Origin: Nitrospirota bacterium
GTDB lineage: Bacteria; Nitrospirota; UBA9217
NCBI GenBank assembly: GCA_049793155.1
Contig: JBARBN010000009.1
Span: forward strand, 34,268 to 98,267
Direction: 5' to 3'
Length of the DNA: 64,000 nt
Part shown: positions 1 to 9,745 of the stretch, one piece after another
Numbering within the stretch: the stretch's first letter is position 1
Layout of the letters: every line of letters starts with the position of its first letter
Made by a program: the position numbers and the translations under genes
The notes under the pieces: generated by a model
Told to the model about the DNA's origin: nothing
The model's input: the letters and a program-made list of their open reading frames with translations, nothing else
The model's database searches: none

Positions 1-426
1 GCCCGCGCCGGCGTAGAGGATATCATGGTCGTCCAGGGCCGCTAGCGTGTCCCTCAGTGCGAGAGGGCCGAAGTCCATTGAATGATTGTTCGCGAGTGAC
101 ACTACGCGGATGCCGGCCTTCTTAAGCGCCTGAGCGGCGATCGGCCCGGCGCGGAGCGTGAACTTCTTGTTCTCCACGGCGGTGCCCCGGGTGGAGATCG
201 AAGACTCAAGATTTCCCACGACCACGTCGGCTCTCGAGAGAAACGACATCACGTCGGTAAAGGGGTAATCCGCGCCGAACTCCTTGAGCAATGGCTCGGC
301 CCTTCCGCCAAGCATCAGGTCGCCGACCGCAGCGATGGTGATCTCGTTCTGCACCGATTGTTCGGCAGCAGCGGCGGGAAAGACGAGAGCGAGAACAAGA
401 CTGAACGCGATAACTATTTTTTTCAT
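1..426 (-). CDS. CapA-family poly-gamma-glutamate synthesis/metallophosphatase protein. Only the N-terminal part lies in the window; the gene runs off the left edge.
   Basis: Reverse-strand translation from the ATG (complement of 424-426) gives MKKIVIAFSLVLALVFPAAAAEQSVQNEITIAAVGDLMLGG...VSLANNHSMDFG. This is the CapA/YmdB-like calcineurin-type phosphoesterase signature with a signal peptide. It is absent from the ORF track because it is truncated at the window edge. Confidence 0.6.
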   Translation of the reverse strand, partial: MKKIVIAFSLVLALVFPAAAAEQSVQNEITIAAVGDLMLGGRAEPLLKEFGADYPFTDVMSFLSRADVVVGNLESSISTRGTAVENKKFTLRAGPIAAQALKKAGIRVVSLANNHSMDFGPLALRDTLAALDDHDILYAGAG

Positions 427-501
427 AACAGATGATAATAATCAACTCACCGCCAAAAGGCAACAGGAAAAGGCGGTAATAAAAGAGCAGGGAGCGGAAC
501 C

Positions 502-1440
502 ATGAAGAAAAATCTATTTGCCGTCATCGCAATGGTCGGCATTCTTTTCGCGAACGCCATACCGGGCAGTGCGAGCGGATCGGTTGTCGTTGACCGGGTG
601 GTCGCGGTCGTGAACGACGAGATCATCACCTTGAGCGACCTCCAGCGAGAGGAAGCATTGAAGAAGGGTGAGGCCGCGCGCGATGACCGGCTTGTCCTTG
701 AGGACATGATCGACCGGAAGCTTCAGATGGCGGCTGCGAAGCGCGCGGGCGTGGACGTTACCGACAAGGAGCTTGACGAAGCGGTCGCCGATATCATAAA
801 GCGGAATAACATGGATATGCTGCAATTCGGCATGGCGCTGGGAAAAGAGGGGCTTACTCTCGAACAATACCGGGCCGAGCTCAGGGAGCAGATCACGCTC
901 TCGCGCCTGTTCAACAAGTACGTGCGCTCCAATGTGAACGTGGACGAGGCAGAGGCCCGCGAGTTCTACCAGAACAATCCGAAGACGTACTCGTTGCCGG
1001 AGGAGATCCGGGTGCGACAGATTTTCCTTGCTTTGCCGGACAAGGCAACGCCGGAACAGGCAGCGGCGGTCCGGGAGAAGGCACAGGCCGTCTATGCGCG
1101 CGCACAAAAAGGAGAGGATTTTATCCATCTCGTCCGCGAGGTCTCGCAGGGAGCCACTGCTTCTGAGGACGGCGATCTGGGATTCATGCGGCGGGGGGAC
1201 GCCCTGTCCGAGATCGAAGAAGCGGCGCGCGCGTTGAAGCCGGGCGACAGCTCAAGCCCTTTTCTTTGCGCCGGCGGCTATAATATTATCAAGCTGGAAG
1301 AGTTACGCACGACGGTCAAGCCTTTTGAAAAGGTAAAGGACGAGATCATGAAGAAACTCTACGAACAAAAGATGGAAAACACCTACCGAAGCTGGCTCCA
1401 GGCACTCAGGGGAGATTCGCATATCGAGAACAGGCTGTAA
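502..1440 (+). CDS. SurA/PpiD-like periplasmic peptidyl-prolyl cis-trans isomerase (parvulin type).
   Basis: Signal peptide, a SurA N-terminal chaperone-like region, and a parvulin rotamase motif (RVRQIFLAL...GDLGFMRRGDALSEIEEAA). Divergent from capA. Confidence 0.7.
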   Translation: MKKNLFAVIAMVGILFANAIPGSASGSVVVDRVVAVVNDEIITLSDLQREEALKKGEAARDDRLVLEDMIDRKLQMAAAKRAGVDVTDKELDEAVADIIKRNNMDMLQFGMALGKEGLTLEQYRAELREQITLSRLFNKYVRSNVNVDEAEAREFYQNNPKTYSLPEEIRVRQIFLALPDKATPEQAAAVREKAQAVYARAQKGEDFIHLVREVSQGATASEDGDLGFMRRGDALSEIEEAARALKPGDSSSPFLCAGGYNIIKLEELRTTVKPFEKVKDEIMKKLYEQKMENTYRSWLQALRGDSHIENRL

Positions 1441-1537
1441 ATCAAGGAGTCGGGAGTCAGTACTCAGGAGTCCGGAAAATTCTTCTGGCTCCCGGCTTCT
1501 GACCTCTGACTAATTCTTCCCATTTTTTTACCCCCTC

Positions 1538-2701
1538 ATGAAAACCGTCAAACTCAAAAAAAAAGAAGAACGCCGCATTCTGCGGGGACACCCCTGGGTG
1601 TTCAGCAATGAGCTCGATCGCTCCCCTGTTGAATTCGCACCCGGTGAGATCGTCGATGTGCTGGATAATGCGGGCCGCTTCCTCGGCCGGGGCTACATTA
1701 ATCCGCACTCGCTCATCACCGTGCGTCTTCTCACGAGAACACAAGAAGAGATCGGGGTTGGTTTTTTCACGAGGCGGATCGCCGCTGCCCGCAGTCTGCG
1801 CACCATGCTCGGATTCGGCGATTCTTTTCGCGCGATCTTCAGTGAAGGCGACAATCTTCCCGGTCTCATTGTTGACAAATATGCCGACACGCTGGTGGTC
1901 CAGTCTTCGACCGCGGGGATAGACGGGATGCTGGACGATATCCTGGCCGCGCTCAGAGGAGAATATTCGCCGAAGGCGATCGTGCTCAGGAATGATACGG
2001 CATCGCGCGAGATCGAGGGTCTTGCCCGGGAAACGCGGGTAGTGCACGGGGCAATTTCCGGGCCGGTGATGTTTGAGGAAGCCGGCATCAAATATGGCAT
2101 CGACGTACTTGAAGGACAGAAGACAGGGTTCTTTTTCGACCAGCGTGAGAACCGGCTGGCACTCAAAGAGCATGTGCAGGGCAGGCGCGTACTCGACTGC
2201 TTTTGTTACGTGGGCGCCTGGGCGCTTTCGGCAGCGCGCTTTGGCGCAAAGGAGGTCCTTGGGCTTGATTCGTCGGAGACGGCGATCGCAGCGGCAACCG
2301 AAAACGCCGCAATAAACGGACTGTCGGCGCATTTTAAAAAGGCGGATGTCTTTGATGAGCTCCGGGCCTTTGAAAAACAGAGGGAACGCTTCGGCTGCAT
2401 CATCCTTGATCCGCCCGCGTTCGTCAAGAGCAGGGCAAAGGTGCGCGAGGCGTTGAGAGGATACAAGGAGATAAACCTGCGCGCCATGAAGCTGCTTGAG
2501 CCGGGCGGCACGCTCGTGACCTGCTCCTGCTCGCATCACATCGATCAGGACCTGTTCCGGGAGATGCTGATCGATGCGGCCTACTCGGCAGGGCGGCAGG
2601 CCAAGCTCCTGGAAATGCGCTCCCAGGCCAGGGACCATCCAGTCCTGCTCGCAGCGCGAGAGACGCAGTATCTGAAGTGCGCGATATTGATCATTGATTG
2701 A
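1538..2701 (+). CDS. rlmI: 23S rRNA m5C1962 methyltransferase RlmI (PUA + class I SAM methyltransferase).
   Basis: GHPWVF PUA-like N-terminus; SAM-methyltransferase fold motifs (VLDCFCYVGAW, ILDPPAF); 387 aa. Confidence 0.75.
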   Translation: MKTVKLKKKEERRILRGHPWVFSNELDRSPVEFAPGEIVDVLDNAGRFLGRGYINPHSLITVRLLTRTQEEIGVGFFTRRIAAARSLRTMLGFGDSFRAIFSEGDNLPGLIVDKYADTLVVQSSTAGIDGMLDDILAALRGEYSPKAIVLRNDTASREIEGLARETRVVHGAISGPVMFEEAGIKYGIDVLEGQKTGFFFDQRENRLALKEHVQGRRVLDCFCYVGAWALSAARFGAKEVLGLDSSETAIAAATENAAINGLSAHFKKADVFDELRAFEKQRERFGCIILDPPAFVKSRAKVREALRGYKEINLRAMKLLEPGGTLVTCSCSHHIDQDLFREMLIDAAYSAGRQAKLLEMRSQARDHPVLLAARETQYLKCAILIID

Positions 2702-2727
2702 AGCAAAATGACGAAAAGAGATTTTGC

Positions 2728-2757
2728 TTGACGAACCAGCGTTCGCTGTGTTAAAAA
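2728..2757 (+). promoter_or_regulatory. Candidate sigma-70 promoter for tRNA-Val.
   Basis: TTGACG at 2728-2733, a 17-nt spacer, then TTAAAA; the tRNA begins ~13 nt downstream. Confidence 0.35.
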
Positions 2758-2769
2758 GTATCCGTTCCC

Positions 2770-2844
2770 GGGCGATTAGCTCAGCGGGAGAGCACTGCCT
2801 TCACACGGCAGGGGTCGCAGGTTCAAACCCTGCATCGCCCACCA
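2770..2844 (+). tRNA. tRNA-Val (anticodon CAC).
   Basis: GGGCGATTAGCTCAGCGGGAGAGCACTGCCTTCACACGGCAGG...CATCGCCCACCA. Cloverleaf with 7-bp acceptor stem, anticodon loop TTCACAC, TTCAAAC T-loop, encoded CCA. Confidence 0.85.
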
Positions 2845-2855
2845 TGACCATTCAA

Positions 2856-2891
2856 GGAGTCAGCTGATATTTGCTGACTCCTTTCTTTTTT
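2856..2891 (+). terminator. Rho-independent terminator after tRNA-Val.
   Basis: GGAGTCAGC-tgatattt-GCTGACTCC perfect 9-bp stem followed by TTTCTTTTTTC. Confidence 0.8.
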
Positions 2892-3030
2892 CACATTTCT
2901 TCTCTTGTTTTTTACACTTTCCTATTGTATTTTTAAGGAGCGAAAGGCTCTCTGTTCAAAGGTTAGAATTGAATCGCGAACGTGAGATTTGAAATTCACC
3001 AGCCCATTTTTTTTTAATAAGGACTGAACC

Positions 3031-3882
3031 ATGTGTGACCTCTGCACCAAACACGGTGAAGGTAAGATCTGGTATAAGAACGCAAAGAATTATGCTGATG
3101 ATCTCCTGTCAGACCTTGAACGACGCCGGTATATCGAGAATTTTCTGACCACCGCGTTCAGTGAGGGGTTCCAGACCCTTGGAAGGCTCGAGACCATCTA
3201 CAAGAAAAAGGGCAAGCTTCCGGAAGCGGTCAAGATCGCCATGGTTGCCAAGGCAAAGGCGGAGCATTTCGGACAGGTACTGCCGATCGAGGAGATCGGC
3301 GAGGTGGTGCGCAAGGCAAAGACCGTGGTGCGCATGCCCTGTGCCTGCAGGTGGAACATCGGGAAGAAAGAGGAACGCTGCTGTTATGCGGTGAGCTACG
3401 GACCCGAGCCCTGGTACCAGGGCATTGATATGGGTTATTTCGGCATGGCATCGGATGAGGGACTCGAACCGCTCTCTCCGGACACGGCTATCGAGCAGAT
3501 GAAGGAAATGGAAAAAGACGGGTCGGTCCATACCATCTGGACCATGATGACGCCGTTCATCGGGGCGATCTGCAATTGTTCTCCTGATGAGTGCCTTGCC
3601 ATAAGGACCCTGTCCCGGACCAGAGTAGAGACCATGGAACGGGCCGAGTATGTGGCGGTCGTTGACGAAACGCTCTGCACAGGGTGCGGGCTCTGTGACG
3701 CCCGCTGTCACTTTCACGCGATCGGGAGAGTGACCCGGAGCGGGGCATCCCGCGCACACATCGATCCGCACGTTTGTTTTGGCTGCGGTCTGTGCCGAGG
3801 GGCATGCGGTGTTGGAGCGATCTCACTGGTATTGCGACAGGTCGGTGCGGGAAAAGAAAAAAAGAAAGCAGGCCCTGAATGA
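3031..3882 (+). CDS. Uncharacterised iron-sulfur protein: Cys-rich N-terminal region plus a C-terminal 2x[4Fe-4S] ferredoxin domain.
   Basis: Two CxxCxxCxxxC(P/H) motifs (CTGCGLCDARC, CFGCGLCRGAC). The N-terminus has CDLC, CACRW, CC and CNCSPDEC motifs and no recognisable catalytic family. Confidence 0.5.
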   Translation: MCDLCTKHGEGKIWYKNAKNYADDLLSDLERRRYIENFLTTAFSEGFQTLGRLETIYKKKGKLPEAVKIAMVAKAKAEHFGQVLPIEEIGEVVRKAKTVVRMPCACRWNIGKKEERCCYAVSYGPEPWYQGIDMGYFGMASDEGLEPLSPDTAIEQMKEMEKDGSVHTIWTMMTPFIGAICNCSPDECLAIRTLSRTRVETMERAEYVAVVDETLCTGCGLCDARCHFHAIGRVTRSGASRAHIDPHVCFGCGLCRGACGVGAISLVLRQVGAGKEKKKAGPE

Positions 3883-3893
3883 ACAGGACCTGC
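3868..3893 (-). terminator. Probable intrinsic terminator for cspA; it overlaps the 3' end of the Fe-S gene.
   Basis: GCAGGCCCTG-aatgaa-CAGGACCTGC hairpin. On the minus strand it is followed by a T-run (complement of gaaaagaaaaaaagaaa at 3851-3867). Confidence 0.4.
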
Positions 3894-3914
3894 CTAATAG
3901 GTTAACGTGCAGAC

Positions 3915-4115
3915 TTAAAGCTTTACAACATTGGCTGCCTTGGGGCCTTTGGGCGAGTCGACAACGTCGAACTGCACTTGCTGGCCTTCAGCCAACGACT
4001 TAAAGCCGCTGTCCTGAATGTCTCCGAAATGAACGAACACATCGCCGCCCTTTTCGCGGGTAATGAATCCAAAACCTTTGGAATCATTGAACCACTTTAC
4101 CGTACCTGTTTCCAT
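3915..4115 (-). CDS. cspA: Cold-shock protein CspA family.
   Basis: 66 aa, [18 protein letters not shown]...DVFVHF RNP1/RNP2 motifs. A long upstream untranslated region (4116-4388) is typical of csp genes. Confidence 0.9.
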   Translation of the reverse strand: METGTVKWFNDSKGFGFITREKGGDVFVHFGDIQDSGFKSLAEGQQVQFDVVDSPKGPKAANVVKL

Positions 4116-4388
4116 ATGAGCTACCTCCTTCTTGGGAATTGAAGCTCACGGAAAAGGCCAAAAAAATCCGCAAAGCCTAACGTACTTTGCGGTTACCCTA
4201 CAAATACATCCGGAACTTCTAGACCAGATAATCGCATGTTTGCATCGTAAAGTCAAGGATTATTATTAAGAAAAAATGGGGCTCTCTCCGCGAGCGGCGG
4301 ACGGAGAATTCAAGGTCCAATCTGCGCAATCATGCGCATGCCGAGCTTGAAATACACGGCAGAAAAAAAGTGACCTGGTAGGAACCTG

Positions 4389-4943
4389 CTATCTATGCGT
4401 GTTGTTTTTGACCGATTGAAGTAGCGAGGTGATGATGTTATCCGGGTCCTGAAGCGATTTATGGGGCGGCGACTGTTTAACTTGTTCCTGTATGTAAACT
4501 TCTTCTTCGGGAGAAAGGACCACGAATTGAATGCCTGCCCGATACCCGCCGCTGCTCAGCTTGCTCCAGACGAGAACGCCATACTTCTGGCCGCCGATTT
4601 GCTCTTTGAAACAGATCAGGCCGGGCTCGATCCGCTCGTTTGATTCAATCCCAACGCCGATCACGCTGACATCCACGATTCGGACAACGTGTTCTGTCCG
4701 CATGGGCTGATCGAAGGCAATGAGGTCCAGGGAGTGGGTACGGTTTGAGGTAACGTGATACCGCTGGATCCCCTGAGTTCTTTTTTCTCCCCACTGTGTC
4801 ACGAAAACGAGCCCTCCGCGGGTCACATACCCGCTGTTTGTATTGTATATCAAAAAAACGACCTGTTGTGAAGAAAATAATGCGGCCTGTTCTTTTTTTA
4901 CTGTATCCGATGTCCGGCAACCCCCTTGACCCCGTATCGACAA
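4389..4943 (-). CDS. PilZ domain-containing protein (c-di-GMP receptor family); start codon uncertain.
   Basis: DVSVIGVGIES matches the PilZ DxSxxG motif. The C-terminal GYRAGIQFVVLSPEEEVYIQEQV resembles the PilZ end. No clear RxxxR, so the call is tentative. Confidence 0.4.
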   Translation of the reverse strand: MSIRGQGGCRTSDTVKKEQAALFSSQQVVFLIYNTNSGYVTRGGLVFVTQWGEKRTQGIQRYHVTSNRTHSLDLIAFDQPMRTEHVVRIVDVSVIGVGIESNERIEPGLICFKEQIGGQKYGVLVWSKLSSGGYRAGIQFVVLSPEEEVYIQEQVKQSPPHKSLQDPDNIITSLLQSVKNNTHR

Positions 4944-5119
4944 ATCGGTATGATGTCATTCGGGCGTCCCAACTGGAACCGCGCGAAAGTAACGACTTGA
5001 AGAAAGGTCGAAGAGTGGAAGCGAGCCTTTGACCCGCAGAAACGGAGCAATTAGTAGTCGCCTGCTTTTGATTTTACCTGCGACCGTTTCGAAAACCTGG
5101 CCGGAGAACAAGGGAAACG

Positions 5120-5953
5120 ATGAAAATTCAGAAAGTGTTTCAATCTAGTCGCAGGTTGGGGTATGCACTGGTGCTTTGCCTGGTGACCCTGGAATGGATG
5201 TTTGCTCCCCTCTCGTTCAGTGTGGAAGAACGAACAACAACTGTCGCTATCTTTCCGCCCATCCAGGCATTCATGCCGGGAGAAACATTGACTTATAAGA
5301 TCAGTTGGTCGAATATCGTCACGGCGGGGATCGCGGTCATGGAGGTCAAAGAGGAAAAACTGCCGGACGGGAGAAAGGTCTTCAGGTTTATCGCAACATC
5401 CCACTCCGTGGGTTTGGTGGACACGGTCTATCCGGTGAACGACAGGGTAGAGAGCCTCTTTGACCCCCGGATCAGACAAAGCCTCTCGTTCAGTATCAAC
5501 GAGAGTCATGGGAAGAGAAAGAGACGCCGCTCACTGACCTTCGATCATGCAGGCCGAACAGTCGTCAGCAAGGTGAATAACGATCTGCCGCAGACCATGA
5601 CCATTCCAAACGGGGTGCAGGATGCCTTGTCGTCGCTTTTCTATCTTCGAACAATGACGGACTTTACGATCGGCAAGACCCATACCATCGAAGTCAACGA
5701 CAGCGGAAAGAACTGGTCCGTCGAGGTCTTTACCCTGGGCAGGGAGAAGGTGAAGACGCCTGCGGGGGAGTTCAATACGATCAAGGTCAAGACCTTTCCC
5801 CGTTATGAGGGTGTCTTCATGAACAAGGGGGAGATCTTTATCTGGCTCACCGACGACAGCCGGAAGATTCCGGTTCTCATGAAAAGCATGATCTCGATCG
5901 GGTCCATCATGACCACCCTGACGGATATGAAGCTGGGAGAGGTTTCGCATTGA
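5120..5953 (+). CDS. DUF3108 family protein (secreted).
   Basis: Signal peptide and a beta-rich sequence characteristic of DUF3108 (GETLTYKISWSNIVTAG...). Confidence 0.5.
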   Translation: MKIQKVFQSSRRLGYALVLCLVTLEWMFAPLSFSVEERTTTVAIFPPIQAFMPGETLTYKISWSNIVTAGIAVMEVKEEKLPDGRKVFRFIATSHSVGLVDTVYPVNDRVESLFDPRIRQSLSFSINESHGKRKRRRSLTFDHAGRTVVSKVNNDLPQTMTIPNGVQDALSSLFYLRTMTDFTIGKTHTIEVNDSGKNWSVEVFTLGREKVKTPAGEFNTIKVKTFPRYEGVFMNKGEIFIWLTDDSRKIPVLMKSMISIGSIMTTLTDMKLGEVSH

Positions 5954-6102
5954 TGTCATCTTTGATGGTGCTCGCAAAAGAGCCGGTCAGCTGTTTTGCA
6001 TCGAGGGTCGGCTTAACCGTCGGGTTAGCAGTGCGCAATGATCGGTCTGGCAATCAGCGTTCACGGTGAAGCGTTTCGGAATGCATGGAATGGAGGTGTA
6101 TT

Positions 6103-6570
6103 ATGAAGAACAGGGTTTTTAAAAGAGGGTTCTCTTTGAGCGTCGTCCTTTTCCTGATGGTTTTGCCAGTGCTTGTATCCGGCCAGGAACACCACATGCA
6201 TGACACCTCAGCATCACCGTCGGGACAGAGCGACAGTCCGCTTATAGAGGAGATGGTGAGGCTCGACGCTGTCTTTCGTGATGTCGTGTCAGGAGTGTCG
6301 CTTGGAGACGGGGCGCGGGTCCATCAAGCATTGGAGGCCATGCATGGAACTATGGAAAAAACCCACGAGGGCATGCGCCACGGAATGGTGAAGGTCCCGA
6401 AGAACGGCGAACGGGTGAAGGAATTCGTGGATCTGGACAAGAAATTTCATGCCAGACTGGAAACCCTTTCCGCGGTGGCGCGTAAGAACGACCAGCAGGC
6501 CATGCTGAAGCTGACAAAGGAACTTCTGGACAACTGCGTGCAGTGCCACCGCACGTTTCGGAATCAATAG
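6103..6570 (+). CDS. Class II cytochrome c (cytochrome c'-like four-helix-bundle haem protein).
   Basis: Signal peptide and a single CxxCH (CVQCH) seven residues from the C-terminus. Predicted helical. A GGAGG ribosome-binding site (RBS) favours the 6103 ATG over 6085. Confidence 0.6.
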   Translation: MKNRVFKRGFSLSVVLFLMVLPVLVSGQEHHMHDTSASPSGQSDSPLIEEMVRLDAVFRDVVSGVSLGDGARVHQALEAMHGTMEKTHEGMRHGMVKVPKNGERVKEFVDLDKKFHARLETLSAVARKNDQQAMLKLTKELLDNCVQCHRTFRNQ

Positions 6571-6768
6571 TCTCTGATTGCGAAGAATATCACTGCGTCA
6601 GGTCGATGAAGGGTGAACTGCACCCGATTGCGGTGGAGCGGTCCGGAATGGTTCAGGTCGTGAATTACTTTTCAGAAAGCAACAAAGGGGTCAGCCGACG
6701 ATCGGAGAACCCCTTTTTCATTGGAATTTATGGAAAGATATTAACGGGACTGATCCGCGCCGAAACTC

Positions 6769-7137
6769 CTACCCAGCCTGCATCTTCTCTTCTTCTTCCT
6801 GGCGGGTCTTGCAATCAATGCACAGGGTGGTTACAGGCCTGGCCTCAAGCCGCTTCATGCTGATCTGTTCTCCGCAGGACTCGCAGACACCATATACGCC
6901 GCTGTCGATCCGCAAAATGGCATCGTCGATCTTTTTGAGCAGTTTCTGTTCTCTCCCCCGGAGTCTGAGGACGAAGTTATTGTCGAGTTCAGCCACGGCC
7001 TGGTCCGTGGGGTCGGGAAAGCTTTCTTTTTCCGAGCTTATCTTGCTTGTCAGCGTATGTTCCGCCTCGGTAAGAAGATCCTGTCGCTGTTTGATGAGCT
7101 TCTTTTTTATTACCAAAAGTTTCGAATCAGCCACCAT
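6769..7137 (-). CDS. dksA: DksA/TraR family C4-type zinc-finger transcription factor.
   Basis: CESCGEQISMKRLEARPVTTLCIDC four-Cys finger; coiled-coil N-terminus; 122 aa. Confidence 0.75.
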   Translation of the reverse strand: MVADSKLLVIKKKLIKQRQDLLTEAEHTLTSKISSEKESFPDPTDQAVAELDNNFVLRLRGREQKLLKKIDDAILRIDSGVYGVCESCGEQISMKRLEARPVTTLCIDCKTRQEEEEKMQAG

Positions 7138-7307
7138 AGCACAACCTTTCCATACATATAAAAGGGCTGTTACCGCCTACGTGGCGATGCAGCCCTTTGA
7201 AATTTAATGGGGTACTATATCAAAAAAGATCACATGAGTCAATTGTTAAATAGCAGTGTGCTATATTCGTTGATTGACAAAACAGGGCCGTATCGATAAT
7301 ATTAATT

Positions 7308-8540
7308 ATGCCGAGCGAAAAGCAGAAGCTCAATATGGTCATGAGACTGGGGGTGGAACTCACCGAGGTGAAGGATGTCGACATGCTTCTTGAACGGATC
7401 CTTCGCGTGGCCCGCCGGCTTGTTTCGGCTGACGCAGGTTCGATCTATATCAAGGAAGATGTCAAGTTGAAGTTCAGTTATACCCAGAACGATACACTGC
7501 AAAAAAAGCTCTCACCTGGCGGGAAGCTGATCTACTCAACCTTTTCTATCCCCATCAACAACCAGACGATCTCCGGCTATGTGGCGAACACCGGCGAATC
7601 CGTGAACATTCCGGATGCCTACAGGCTCAACGCGGGTCTGCCCTATTCATTCAGCCAGTCATATGACGACCTCTCGGGGTACCGGACCAGATCCATGCTG
7701 ACATTCCCCCTGAAGACCAACCGCGGAGACACCATCGGTGTTCTCCAGTTGATCAATGCGAAGGATGCCAGGGGTAGGGTCGTTCCATTCTCGAAAAAGG
7801 ACGAGCCCCTGATCCTGCACTTTGCTAACATTGCCGCGGTGGCCATCGAACGGGCACAGATGACCCGAGCTCTGATCCTCAGGACCATCAGGATGGCGGA
7901 ATTGCGCGACCCCATGGAAACGGGCCCCCACGTGAACCGGGTCGCGGCCTATGCAGTTGCACTATATGAGGTGTGGGCCGCGAAGCAGGGTGTTCCCGAT
8001 TCCGTGATCGAGAAGAACCGGGATATTTTTCGTATGGCGGCCATGCTCCATGATGTGGGCAAGGTGGCGATATCCGACGCGATTCTGAAAAAGCCTGCAC
8101 GCCTCGACCATACTGAGCGCGCGGCAATGAAACAGCACACCATTATGGGTGCGCGGCTGTTTTCTGATAGATATTCCGAGTTCGATGAAATGGCAGCGGT
8201 CGTTGCACTCACGCACCATGAGAAATGGGACGGGACGGGATATCCGGGGCATGTGAACATAACGGACGGCAAAGTGCTTCCGGGCTACGAGATCAGCGAC
8301 GGAACGGCTCGGCCGAAAAAAGGGGAGGAGATTCCCGTTTTTGGCAGGCTCGTCGCCCTTGCCGACGTGTATGACGCCCTTGGATCGCCCAGGACCTATA
8401 AAGAGCGATGGGAGGAGACAAAGATCCTTGAGGAGTTAAATGCCTGTTCCGGCACATTCTTCGATCCGGAGATCGTTGAATTGTTTTTCTCCAGCATCGA
8501 GACAATCCGCAGCATCGGCGAACGATATCCCAACCATTAA
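7308..8540 (+). CDS. GAF-domain HD-GYP c-di-GMP phosphodiesterase.
   Basis: N-terminal GAF region, then HD...HDVGK...HHEKWDGTGYP (HD-GYP signature). Confidence 0.75.
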   Translation: MPSEKQKLNMVMRLGVELTEVKDVDMLLERILRVARRLVSADAGSIYIKEDVKLKFSYTQNDTLQKKLSPGGKLIYSTFSIPINNQTISGYVANTGESVNIPDAYRLNAGLPYSFSQSYDDLSGYRTRSMLTFPLKTNRGDTIGVLQLINAKDARGRVVPFSKKDEPLILHFANIAAVAIERAQMTRALILRTIRMAELRDPMETGPHVNRVAAYAVALYEVWAAKQGVPDSVIEKNRDIFRMAAMLHDVGKVAISDAILKKPARLDHTERAAMKQHTIMGARLFSDRYSEFDEMAAVVALTHHEKWDGTGYPGHVNITDGKVLPGYEISDGTARPKKGEEIPVFGRLVALADVYDALGSPRTYKERWEETKILEELNACSGTFFDPEIVELFFSSIETIRSIGERYPNH

Positions 8541-8568
8541 TGCCCTGACAATAGAGGACTAAAAGAAA

Positions 8569-9348
8569 TTGACGTGGAGACCGGTATGTATGACCGATCT
8601 TTATCATGAACGGCCCGTCGGAAAGAAAGTGCATGGATTCGACCCGGCGGCCTGGTTACGTAACCCGCATATGAAGAAAAAAAAGCCGCCAAACCAGCCA
8701 CACGCTGATTTCAAGAACAAACCCTTCAAAGCCCTGAAGGGAATTGTTTCCGCAGACACCGAGCCTGCAAAAATAAAGACACGTGCCCAGTTTCGAAAAA
8801 CGATAAGCAGTAACGATGACGACGATGCTGCGCTTTTTCTTTCCGCAGTTGAAGATGCAAAAAAATTCGGCAATGATCCTGCTGCTCACAACGAATCTGC
8901 TCCCGGACGGATGCCGGAGAGAACCGCTGTTCACGCACCGGAAGACAACCAGCTTTTTCTCGCTGCAATGCAGGAGATCGGCTCAACCTTTAGCAGTACA
9001 TTTACCGAGCGGGTAAATGAGGATGCGGAACGGCGGTCACCGACGAGCAGGATGCGACAGTTAAAGCGCGGTACACTTCGCATCAGTCAGGAGCTTGATC
9101 TGCATGGATTTCTCAGGGAGGAGGCCTTGACGCGGCTTGAACAATTTATTGCCGCTGCATTCAGCAGGGGGCAGCAGGCGGTCCTCGTGATCACGGGCAA
9201 AGGCATCAACTCTCCCGGGGGGCCAGTTTTGCAGGGGGCGGTTGCCGAATGGCTAAGGAAGAAGGGGAAGGGGTTTATTGCGGAGTTTTCACCGGCGCCG
9301 CGTTCGCTTGGCGGAAGCGGTGCTTTTGTGGTGTTCCTGAATAAATAA
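8569..9348 (+). CDS. Smr (MutS2 C-terminal-like) domain protein; start may lie further downstream.
   Basis: C-terminal LDLHGF...VLVITGKG Smr motif; low-complexity basic N-terminal region. Confidence 0.55.
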   Translation: MTWRPVCMTDLYHERPVGKKVHGFDPAAWLRNPHMKKKKPPNQPHADFKNKPFKALKGIVSADTEPAKIKTRAQFRKTISSNDDDDAALFLSAVEDAKKFGNDPAAHNESAPGRMPERTAVHAPEDNQLFLAAMQEIGSTFSSTFTERVNEDAERRSPTSRMRQLKRGTLRISQELDLHGFLREEALTRLEQFIAAAFSRGQQAVLVITGKGINSPGGPVLQGAVAEWLRKKGKGFIAEFSPAPRSLGGSGAFVVFLNK

Positions 9349-9435
9349 TTTTCATGACTCGAAATCTTACGAATAGGGAGATAGAAACCAGCGCGCAATG
9401 GATCTTGAACCGCAGGGAAAACCAGGTTTTTGCCC

Positions 9436-9464
9436 TTGACAGGTGCCTGTGATTTGGATATAGT
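9436..9464 (+). promoter_or_regulatory. Consensus sigma-70 promoter driving tRNA-Gln/tRNA-Glu.
   Basis: TTGACA at 9436-9441, an exactly 17-nt spacer, then TATAGT at 9459-9464. tRNA-Gln begins 19 nt downstream. Confidence 0.65.
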
Positions 9465-9482
9465 GCTGGGGCTGTGACTGAC

Positions 9483-9556
9483 TGGGGGATCGTCCAGTGG
9501 TAGGACGACAGGCTCTGAACCTGTTTACGGGGGTTCGAATCCTCCTCCCCCAACCA
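9483..9556 (+). tRNA. tRNA-Gln (anticodon CTG).
   Basis: TGGGGGATCGTCCAGTGGTAGGACGACAGGCTCTGAACCTGT...GGGGGTTCGAATCCTCCTCCCCCAACCA. Full cloverleaf, encoded CCA. Confidence 0.85.
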
Positions 9557-9669
9557 TGTAAGGACCTATTGTAAAATAAGATTGGCAAATGCAAATTGGA
9601 AGTTATACAAACCAGTCTGCTCCAATCATTTTGCAATTTCAAATCTTTAATCTGACGACACATCAAGCA

Positions 9670-9745
9670 GGTCCCATCGTCTAGCGGCCTAGGACGCTGG
9701 CCTCTCACGCCGGAGACACGGGTTCGATTCCCGTTGGGACCACCA
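9670..9745 (+). tRNA. tRNA-Glu (anticodon CTC).
   Basis: GGTCCCATCGTCTAGCGGCCTAGGACGCTGGCCTCTCACGCCGG...CGGGTTCGATTCCCGTTGGGACCACCA. Closely resembles canonical bacterial tRNA-Glu; encoded CCA. Confidence 0.85.
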
